Shown here: positions 25,531 to 33,150 of the stretch, piece after piece | Layout of the letters: each line of letters starts with the position of its first letter | Position numbering within the stretch: position 1 is the stretch's first letter | Assembly: GCA_964235795.1 (NCBI GenBank) | Contig: CAXSBW010000007.1 | Coordinates: 12,173-56,926 of the forward strand | DNA from: an uncultured Acidobacteriaceae bacterium | Lineage (GTDB): Bacteria; Acidobacteriota; Terriglobia; Terriglobales; Acidobacteriaceae | Reading direction: 5' to 3' | DNA: 44,754 nucleotides | Translations under genes and position numbers: made by a program | Notes under the pieces: generated by a model | The model's database searches: none | What the model was told of the DNA's origin: nothing | The model's input: only the letters and a program-made list of their open reading frames with translations

Positions 25531-28200
25531 GTGAACTTCTCGGGCTCCAAAACGCAATCCATCACCAAGTTCGGCTCCGTTTGCAGTTGGGACAATATCA
25601 CCCAGCTACCGCTCGGGGTCGCGCGGGTCGCGCGCAATGTACGCTATACGGCGGTATCCGTGGCGACGCGCTATGGGTACCGCAAGTTGCTCGCGTTTGC
25701 CGGCACAAATGTCGGGGTCGGCGCGTTTCAGGTGTTGCGTTTTCTGCCCCCCGCGGGCTCGAACTCTGTAGCCGAATATGCGCGCATCATCGCCTATACG
25801 CGAGATGGCCGGTTTTGGGATGCGAACCCTTTCGTGCAAAGCACGGTGACTCAGTTGCCGACACCTTTTGGTGTTCAGCCAAACTTGAACCCGATCATCA
25901 CGCAGGCGTTCAACAAAGGCATTATCGCGCTCGGGGATTGCACCCAAGGGCAGCAGACCCCGCTTATCTACGATCCGAGCACTCGCACTCTTGACCAGGC
26001 AAGCGATCAGCCATGGGGCTTCACGTGGACGCCGAACTGCCCGGTCCGAAAAAACCAAGTGGTTTCACCTGTGATCTATGCGGGCAAAGTCTACCAGGCG
26101 CAGGCATCTGGGGTGAGCGGACCCACGGAACCAGCTTGGCCTTCAGCAATGAGCGCGACAGTGCAAGACGGCTCGGTGCTATGGGAAGAGTGCACCCCGA
26201 TTGCGATCAGCGCGCTCCCCGACCCAGGGCCCGTGCTCGGCATCAGTATGCTCGCCAACCCGAACTCGGCGATTGTTTCGGGGGCTACCATCTTTATCGC
26301 TTTGACGTACGTGAATCAGCAGGGCGAGAGCATCAACGAACTGGTCCTTCCAACGGGCAGAATCGATCCAGGCAAGGTTGTGAGTCTCCAGAACACGCAG
26401 GCCGGAAACGCACAGTGCTCTTTCCAGTTGCCACCCATCCCTGCCATTCTTGCGACCACTGGGCAACTCGGCCCCGCATTCGGGGCAACGGGATATAACG
26501 TCTACGCTTACATTCAGACAGGCCGGAGCGACCCGGCTGCGTACCTCGACCCCACTTACTATGCGCAGGTCGGCGGTACGCAGGGGCCAGGTAGCTTTGT
26601 CACGGTGCAGAGCTTCCCCATAGGCAACTCGCTCAACCAGGTCAACACGGCAGCAGTTAACCCCAACGATGGAGCTGGCGCGGTAGACGTGGGCGTTCGG
26701 TGGATGGTGCCGATGTTTGAGACGCGCACCGGCTACTTTACCGGCTGGAACGCGAACATTCCGATCCGTATCAATGTGACCGCAAGCGGACAGAGAATCC
26801 TAATCTTGCGCGTGCCCAGAGGCCCGGACAACGTGATATTCCGATGGTTCGGGTTTACCGTGGCGGGAGCTTCTGCTGCCGGCCCATACTTCTACGTCTA
26901 TGCGGGAGACGTAGAAAGTCCCGGATTTAACCAGCCAGACGTGACCATCAATGCAACGGTCCTATATGACAACGTGGCCACGGTTGTTCAGCTTAATTTC
27001 ACAGACACCTACTTGCCCGGCGCGAGCGAGGTGACGAATTACGCGGACCGCATACAGGTGCCGCCCTGCTCGGACGTGTACTTCTCAAAAACCCTGGGCA
27101 TGGTCATCTACACCGGCTGTGTTGGCTATGACCACCTGGTCTCGGACCTGAACGACCCGGAAGCGGTGCGGGTGCCCGGCTCCAACCTGTCCGTGGCTTC
27201 GTCCGACGGCGATCGCTGCGTGTGCTGGCGCGAGGTGCGCGACACGCAGATCAGCCTCAAAGAGAACTCGGCACATGCCGTGATTCCGAACCAGGGCGAC
27301 CCGAACACCTGGAACGTTCAGGAGCTTTGGCGCGGGGTGGGACCCGTCGGCCCCAAGGCAGTCGATGTTTTCGCCGACGACGCTTCCGCTTTTATGGTTT
27401 TCGTGCACCGCTCGGGCCCGTACCTCTATGACGGCTCCTCCGCCAAGCACATTGGGCGCGAGCTGATCGGCACCCCGCAGAGCCCGGGGCCGTGGGACCG
27501 CATCAACTGGGGGGCTGCTGCCGGCATCAGGGTGTGTATCGACGGCGTGTTGCGGGAAGCTCGCTTCTTTGTTCCGGTGGACGGCTCTGCCATCAACAAC
27601 TTGGTGCTGACCCTGAACTTCTTCCACGGCTGGGGCGATGTGCAAGCTGTCGGCATGGGCGGAAGTCCGTATGCCAACATGAACGGGCGCAAGTGGTCGG
27701 TCGACGATATCAGCGCTTTCGACGCCCAGCAGGTGCCGCAACGCTACAGCACCAACCCGGCACAGGCGGGCCTCGATGTAGGCAATCACTTCATCACGTG
27801 CGGAATTGACGGCAGCCTGTACACGATCGCGCCGGCTTACTACGCGGATGACCGCGCGGACGGAACGCAGGCGGGCTACTTATCGCAGTGGATCAGCGTT
27901 CCGGGGCCAAGTCCGGGGCGCGACTTCTTTTCGCTGCTTGGCGGAACCGTTTCGGCGGTTGGTTCAGGGATGCTGAACGTATACGCTTTCGATCAGGGTC
28001 TTGTCTCCCGCCCGCTGTCCACCTCGGCGCGTACCATGACGCTTTCCACGTCCGAAACGATACGGGATTTCGGCGCGGTCGGCGTCATGTCTACTGCGTG
28101 GGGAATCGGCTTCGACAATTTTTCAGGCATTGGCACCTGGTTCGAGGTCCACCTTGCTAACCTTTACCTGCTGCCGAAGTTCTCCTCGCAGATCGGATAG
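25531..28200 (+). CDS. Tail nozzle/stabilisation protein (P22 gp10 / T7 gp12-like beta-propeller) with CBM-like insert
   Basis: 889 aa and beta-rich. ARNVRY near the N-terminus. Insert WTPN..V....V......VYQAQ.SG.SG.TEP.WP...V.DG.V.W. Confidence 0.65.
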   Translation: MNFSGSKTQSITKFGSVCSWDNITQLPLGVARVARNVRYTAVSVATRYGYRKLLAFAGTNVGVGAFQVLRFLPPAGSNSVAEYARIIAYTRDGRFWDANPFVQSTVTQLPTPFGVQPNLNPIITQAFNKGIIALGDCTQGQQTPLIYDPSTRTLDQASDQPWGFTWTPNCPVRKNQVVSPVIYAGKVYQAQASGVSGPTEPAWPSAMSATVQDGSVLWEECTPIAISALPDPGPVLGISMLANPNSAIVSGATIFIALTYVNQQGESINELVLPTGRIDPGKVVSLQNTQAGNAQCSFQLPPIPAILATTGQLGPAFGATGYNVYAYIQTGRSDPAAYLDPTYYAQVGGTQGPGSFVTVQSFPIGNSLNQVNTAAVNPNDGAGAVDVGVRWMVPMFETRTGYFTGWNANIPIRINVTASGQRILILRVPRGPDNVIFRWFGFTVAGASAAGPYFYVYAGDVESPGFNQPDVTINATVLYDNVATVVQLNFTDTYLPGASEVTNYADRIQVPPCSDVYFSKTLGMVIYTGCVGYDHLVSDLNDPEAVRVPGSNLSVASSDGDRCVCWREVRDTQISLKENSAHAVIPNQGDPNTWNVQELWRGVGPVGPKAVDVFADDASAFMVFVHRSGPYLYDGSSAKHIGRELIGTPQSPGPWDRINWGAAAGIRVCIDGVLREARFFVPVDGSAINNLVLTLNFFHGWGDVQAVGMGGSPYANMNGRKWSVDDISAFDAQQVPQRYSTNPAQAGLDVGNHFITCGIDGSLYTIAPAYYADDRADGTQAGYLSQWISVPGPSPGRDFFSLLGGTVSAVGSGMLNVYAFDQGLVSRPLSTSARTMTLSTSETIRDFGAVGVMSTAWGIGFDNFSGIGTWFEVHLANLYLLPKFSSQIG

Positions 28201-28203
28201 GCC

Positions 28204-30726
28204 ATGGCCAACGTCGTTCCCAACCAAAAGATCACGCAGGCCTCGGGGGGCAATCAGTACCTGAAAGAGGTGCTGTCGAGCTTGGCGCAGAACACCACCG
28301 TCACGCAGCAGGTTACGAACGTGGCGACCAAAAACGCGCCGCCGCAATGCCGGGCTCAAGTGTCGCTGCTGAACGGCAGCTATGTGGTGGAGATCCAGAA
28401 TCCCGGAACCCTGCTGCCGACCTCGGCGCTTCAAGCCGCGCAGAACGGCAACGCGCCGACCGCGAACGTGGCCATCACGCCTCTTTACCATCAGATTCGT
28501 TGCGCCAACACCCCAAGGTTCTCCGTTGCGGCCAACGTCCAAACGTTTGGCGGCACCACCGGCAGCACCCAAACCTACTGGACACTCCAACTCGCCGCTG
28601 GGCAGTGGTATTTTCAAATTCGATCCAGCTACGACGGTACCAATTTCAATGAGTGGAAGAATGCGAACGGCGGCCAGGCGTTGAATGCCCCGCCCGAAAC
28701 CGTCACGGTGCAACCGGCAAACAATGCTACCTGGGGGGCTTTCGCCTTGCCAGGCGGCCAGGCGGTCGCTTTCGGCGCGGGCTTTCTGCCGGACCTCCAG
28801 AGCTACGGCCTGCCCGACAACCTGTACACCTCGGCCATGCAGTCCATCGCAAGCCCGAATGGGTTCACGGAATACGGGCACCCGATGCACGGAATCAGCG
28901 CAAACATCGTGAACGCGGAAATCCCCGTGAGCAATGTGGGACTACTCGGCCCGCCGGATTACCCCACCTCTGTGCCGATGAAATACCGAGACGGTAGCGG
29001 CAACATTTGGCCAGGCAGCTCAAACGTGTTCGCGTTCTGCTTCGACCCCTTGGGTCCAAATGTAGCGCGGTTCTTCTACGCGACCGGCACTTGGGGAGTG
29101 TTCGAGATGCCCGGAGGGTGGCAATTGGCTGTCGGCTCCGGGCAGGTAGCCGACGGTACCGTCGTGACCGTGCCTCCGGGCTTTGTCTCCGCCGACATGA
29201 TCTCGGTGGTGTCGGCTGCCTCTTTCAACGACACGGGCCATCCCGCGCACGGCATTTCGCAGGCTTACATGGACGCGGCTGGCAGGGTGCATGTGCAGTA
29301 CGCGGACGGCTCGGGCAATCATTGGAACGGAAACGGCAATTGGATGGCTGTGGCCTGGAGCCCCGGTGTGCCGATCGCCACAGTGCAAGGCGGGCGTTTC
29401 GTGGTCTTCACGCTTCCCGGCGGGCGGCTGGCCGCTATCGGCGGTGGGCAGGTCACAAGCGGTACGCCTTTTGGCTTGCCTACAGGATTGCCGGGCGGAG
29501 TTGTGGCCGGCGTGAGTGGGGTCTGCCCGTCTTCCTATAGCGACCAAAGCAGCAACGCCACGCAGAACGCCGCGGCGCTGTACGGGCTCAACCCTGCGTC
29601 GCCTGCCCTCGTGACGGGCGTCCCGGCCGGGCAAGGCATGTGCACTTGGGATGCTTTCCCCAGTTCGCAAACGGATGGCCTGGTACTGAGCGTTACCGTG
29701 CAAAGTGTTGGGTATGTTGATAATCCAACAGCTCCTTACGTCACCGTGGCCTACGTGCTGAACGCGACAACCACCGTCATTTTCGCCACGAGCGCTCCGA
29801 CAAGCCAAGCGGTGACCTTGACGGCCAACTTGCCCAAAGGGTTCGACCTGAACACGCTCGCCGTGGTGGTGACGGCTGTTTCGGGCGCAGGGGCGAGCGA
29901 TACACAGTGCGGCGTGGCCATCAGCGATATGCACGTGGCTGGGGCGATCACGCCGGTGGGCGGCGACGGCGGGACCGGCAGCGCACCGCCCACCGGCGGA
30001 GGCGGAACCGGAGGCGGAACCGGAACCGGAACCGGCGGCGGCGGCGGCGGCGGCGGCGGTAGCGCCTGCACGATGGCCGGCACCGTGCTTGACACGCCGG
30101 AAGGGCCCGTGGACAACCGCATCCTCAAAGAGCGCTTTGATCGTGGCGAGACTGTTCTGCTGCAAGGGCGCGAATGCCCGGAAAGGGTGCTCGCCATGCA
30201 ATGGGTGGAGGACGAGCCGATCTGGACGATCATGGCCGGCACGACCAATCTTTTCTGCTCCGGCTCTCACCTGCTGAACACCCGCATGGGCTACCTGCGT
30301 TGCGAGAAGATTCCGTATGGCGTGGAGGTAGAAACGCGGGATGGCTGGGAGCGCCTGCACATCGTGTTTACCGGCAGGCACGGTAAAGTGCTGGCATTAG
30401 AGTTGGAAGGCCCTTCGCACGAATACAGCTCGTCGGGCCTCTACTCGCACAACAAGAGGCTTTCCAACCCAAACGAAAGCATGCCGGCTGAAGCTGCCTC
30501 CGCCGCCTTTGCGGCCAGTGGCGGCAGCGATAACGGAGGGTACGCCTTCAACATCGCGAACCTGCTTGGCATCGCGACCCCCGGCACTTTTGTGGACACG
30601 GGGCATCCGGCTCACGGCATCAGCCGGTGCTCGCTGGTAGGCAACACTCCGGAGTTGTCCTACGAGGACGGCGAGGGCAATAGCTGGAGCGGCAACGCGA
30701 ACTGGTTTGTCTTCGCGTGGGAGTAG
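28204..30726 (+). CDS. Tail fibre-like protein with three internal repeats and a Hint domain
   Basis: Three units of F.[LM]PGG...GHP.HGIS...Y.DG.GN.W.G..N.F...[WF], plus a poly-Gly linker followed by C...SHN. Confidence 0.75.
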   Translation: MANVVPNQKITQASGGNQYLKEVLSSLAQNTTVTQQVTNVATKNAPPQCRAQVSLLNGSYVVEIQNPGTLLPTSALQAAQNGNAPTANVAITPLYHQIRCANTPRFSVAANVQTFGGTTGSTQTYWTLQLAAGQWYFQIRSSYDGTNFNEWKNANGGQALNAPPETVTVQPANNATWGAFALPGGQAVAFGAGFLPDLQSYGLPDNLYTSAMQSIASPNGFTEYGHPMHGISANIVNAEIPVSNVGLLGPPDYPTSVPMKYRDGSGNIWPGSSNVFAFCFDPLGPNVARFFYATGTWGVFEMPGGWQLAVGSGQVADGTVVTVPPGFVSADMISVVSAASFNDTGHPAHGISQAYMDAAGRVHVQYADGSGNHWNGNGNWMAVAWSPGVPIATVQGGRFVVFTLPGGRLAAIGGGQVTSGTPFGLPTGLPGGVVAGVSGVCPSSYSDQSSNATQNAAALYGLNPASPALVTGVPAGQGMCTWDAFPSSQTDGLVLSVTVQSVGYVDNPTAPYVTVAYVLNATTTVIFATSAPTSQAVTLTANLPKGFDLNTLAVVVTAVSGAGASDTQCGVAISDMHVAGAITPVGGDGGTGSAPPTGGGGTGGGTGTGTGGGGGGGGGSACTMAGTVLDTPEGPVDNRILKERFDRGETVLLQGRECPERVLAMQWVEDEPIWTIMAGTTNLFCSGSHLLNTRMGYLRCEKIPYGVEVETRDGWERLHIVFTGRHGKVLALELEGPSHEYSSSGLYSHNKRLSNPNESMPAEAASAAFAASGGSDNGGYAFNIANLLGIATPGTFVDTGHPAHGISRCSLVGNTPELSYEDGEGNSWSGNANWFVFAWE
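30067..30453 (+). other. Hint (intein-like/BIL) autoprocessing domain, Cys622-Asn750
   Basis: CTMAGTVLDTPEG (block A), CSGSH (block B-like), VLALELEGPSHEY (block F), LYSHN|K (block G with +1 Lys). Confidence 0.8.
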
Positions 30727-30731
30727 GCGAC

Positions 30732-31160
30732 ATGATGGACTGGCGCACATGGACGGCTTCCTCGGGCGGCGTGACGTGGCGTATCGCCACGCCCGAGGAC
30801 GAGCCGGCGCTTGACCGCCTGCTCGATCAAACCGGCAAGCGGCTCGGTCCGCAGGACCGCCCCCCCTTCTTCGCGATGCCCTGCCTGCTTTGCCTTGTGG
30901 CGGTGGACGTCGAGGGCGCGGTGCGCGACGCTATCTACATCGAAGCCGTCGCGGAGATCGTGAAGCTGGGGCTGTCGCGGGAAAGTTTCGAGACGGTTCC
31001 CGCCTTGGAAAGCGCGATTCGCGGGTTTCTTGCCGCGCGGCGCATCCGCCTGATGCATGTTTGGGTGCCCGCACAGATCGCCAGGCGGATGGCTGAGGTG
31101 CTCGCCCGAGTTGGATTCTCCCCCGTGCGCAAGATGAAAGCCTTCGCGCAGCGCACGTAA
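30732..31160 (+). CDS. GNAT-fold protein (position of T7 gp13 / P22 gp14)
   Basis: WRIATPEDEPAL start and LARVGF end, located between tail and ejection genes. Confidence 0.55.
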   Translation: MMDWRTWTASSGGVTWRIATPEDEPALDRLLDQTGKRLGPQDRPPFFAMPCLLCLVAVDVEGAVRDAIYIEAVAEIVKLGLSRESFETVPALESAIRGFLAARRIRLMHVWVPAQIARRMAEVLARVGFSPVRKMKAFAQRT

Positions 31161-31193
31161 TGGTATGTTCCCGCAAGCACAGGCGGGGATATG
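31158..31193 (+). promoter_or_regulatory. WAATGSTA copy 8 with hairpin masking SD and start codon
   Basis: TAATGGTA at 31158-31165. 31164-31174 pairs with 31183-31193 (11 bp including 3 GU), covering GGGGA and the ATG. Confidence 0.65.
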
Positions 31194-31760
31194 GGCAAAG
31201 CGGCAAACAACGCGGTGAATGCGGCGAACGCGAACGATACGTCCTGGCAGAACCAGGCTCTCGATGGTTACAACACGGGTGTCGGCAGCTATATGTCGAA
31301 CGTGAACGCGCAGCTTGCGGCCGGCAACCCTTACCAGACGAAGCAGTACCTCCAGAACCAAAACCTGCTGACCTCGGCGGCGGCAAACGCTGCAAACACG
31401 CAGGCGCAGGGGGCTCTTAAAGAGTCCGCGCTGCGGACGGGCGAGAACACGGCGTCGAACGCGGCCACCATCGCTTCCAACTCACGCGGCATCGCGCGCG
31501 ACTTGACCGCCTATCAGGCCAACCGCGACACGCAGAACGACGCGATGTGGCAACAGCAGAAACAGCAGTTGCTCGGCGATCAACTGGCGGGCGCGAATTC
31601 GGAGGCGAACGTCTTCGGTACAGCCACGGGTGCGCAAAGCTCTGCGCTAGGGGATCTCACAAGCCTGCAGAACAGCCAGGATGCGATGTGGGGAAACATC
31701 GCAGGCTCAGCCATCGGCGCGGCGGGCACCGGCGGAGCAGCCGCCATCACGAAGTGGTAA
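31191..31760 (+). CDS. DNA ejection/pilot protein (P22 gp7-like)
   Basis: Ala/Asn/Gln-rich, with Gly-rich hydrophobic C-terminus WGNIAGSAIGAAG. Confidence 0.65.
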   Translation: MGKAANNAVNAANANDTSWQNQALDGYNTGVGSYMSNVNAQLAAGNPYQTKQYLQNQNLLTSAAANAANTQAQGALKESALRTGENTASNAATIASNSRGIARDLTAYQANRDTQNDAMWQQQKQQLLGDQLAGANSEANVFGTATGAQSSALGDLTSLQNSQDAMWGNIAGSAIGAAGTGGAAAITKW

Positions 31761-31769
31761 GGGGAGCCC

Positions 31770-33143
31770 ATGGCAATCGTTCCGTACGTGGTAGGCGAAG
31801 ACGAGGAGGAGGACAAGGACGGCAATGCGGGGCTGGCGACGCTGCTGGCGCGCGGACCGTCTCCGGTCGTTGACGCCCCCGTTGTCCTGAATCGCCAAGC
31901 GACCGCGTCCGATCCGGACGATTTGCCGGCAGCTCCGAAGTACATGGCCCCGGACGCGGCAGCGGGGAAAGCAATCAGCGCGCGCATCTCCGCTGATTCT
32001 CAGGTGACGAATCCGGACGACCCAAGCGTGAAACCGAGCATCGGCCGCCGCATCGCCGCGGGCCTCGCTGCCGCCGCCATGCAATTCGGCCACGTGCCGG
32101 GAGCGTTTGAGGCTGGGCAGGGCATCGTCACGGCGAAGTTTGATCAGGCGGAAGCGGCGCGGCGCGGGCGGCTTGCGGCGGACCAGCAGGACTTGCAGGG
32201 CTACAAGGCGCAGCAGGCGCAGGGCGATCAGGATTACGCGCGCAGCCTGGGCGAGTACAGCGCCAATCTCCAGGCGTACAAGGACCGCACCGGGCGGCAG
32301 AAAGAAGAAGCCCTGGAGCAGCAGCGACTCGGCGGTGTGGATGAAGCGACACTCGCGCCCGATGACGCGGCCAACCCACTGGGGACGTGGCACGGGGCCA
32401 ATCTGCGCGGCGAGCCGGTGACCGGCATTGCGGCTCCTGACAAGTTCCTTAAAACGCCTGCCGGAGTCATGGCCGTGCGCGGGCAGGAAGCGGACAGGCT
32501 CAGCCTGGCTGGGGATGACCGGAAGTTCTACATGGCGAACGGTAAACTGGCCGAGCCGAAGCCCATCACCAACATCAGGGTGCCCCGACAGCCGAGCGAG
32601 GGAGAGCAAGCGTACGGCGATGCGAAAGCGGCCTGGACAGCGCAGAATCCCGGCAAGCGTCCGACGATGAGTGACCTGATGGCAATCCGGCGGGCCGCCG
32701 ACGGCAAGGACGGTGGGGCAGATGGTGCGGACGTGCCGCGCGGGACGCCGAATCAATTCGCCACGGTGACCAGGCAGACCATGGATGCTTACGGCAAGGC
32801 GAAAGCAGCGTACAACAAGGCTCTTGAGGATGACCCATCGCCCAGCGGCCGCACTCAGGCCGAGGCTGAGCTGAAGGCAGAAAACGATCGCATTGCGGCA
32901 GAGAACTCGCAGCGGACGCGCGACCTGGGCGGCATTCCAAAAGAAGACGCGGCACCAGCACTTCGGACGGCTGCCGCTGCTGCGCCAGTCCCAAAGCCAA
33001 TGCCTCCGGCAACACCGCAGCAGGTGACGACCACACACACGAAGCAGGCCGTAAAGGTGGGCGATTCGGTCACGGTAGGCGGAAAACAGTACCGCGTTGC
33101 GGGAATCAACCCTCAGACGGGAAAGCCAATTCTTTCCCAGTAG
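31770..33143 (+). CDS. Internal virion/ejection protein
   Basis: GGGGAG SD. Ala/Gln-rich helical protein with an IAAGLAAAAMQFG segment. Confidence 0.6.
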   Translation: MAIVPYVVGEDEEEDKDGNAGLATLLARGPSPVVDAPVVLNRQATASDPDDLPAAPKYMAPDAAAGKAISARISADSQVTNPDDPSVKPSIGRRIAAGLAAAAMQFGHVPGAFEAGQGIVTAKFDQAEAARRGRLAADQQDLQGYKAQQAQGDQDYARSLGEYSANLQAYKDRTGRQKEEALEQQRLGGVDEATLAPDDAANPLGTWHGANLRGEPVTGIAAPDKFLKTPAGVMAVRGQEADRLSLAGDDRKFYMANGKLAEPKPITNIRVPRQPSEGEQAYGDAKAAWTAQNPGKRPTMSDLMAIRRAADGKDGGADGADVPRGTPNQFATVTRQTMDAYGKAKAAYNKALEDDPSPSGRTQAEAELKAENDRIAAENSQRTRDLGGIPKEDAAPALRTAAAAAPVPKPMPPATPQQVTTTHTKQAVKVGDSVTVGGKQYRVAGINPQTGKPILSQ

Positions 33144-33150
33144 GAAAACG

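Noticed and set aside
29995-30060. GGC/GGAACC tandem repeats as a DNA-level element
   Set aside because: Simply encodes the Gly/Thr linker before the Hint domain.
30067-30453. Canonical splicing intein
   Set aside because: The +1 residue is Lys, there is no endonuclease domain, and it is flanked by flexible linkers rather than a conserved active site. Treated as a BIL-type Hint.
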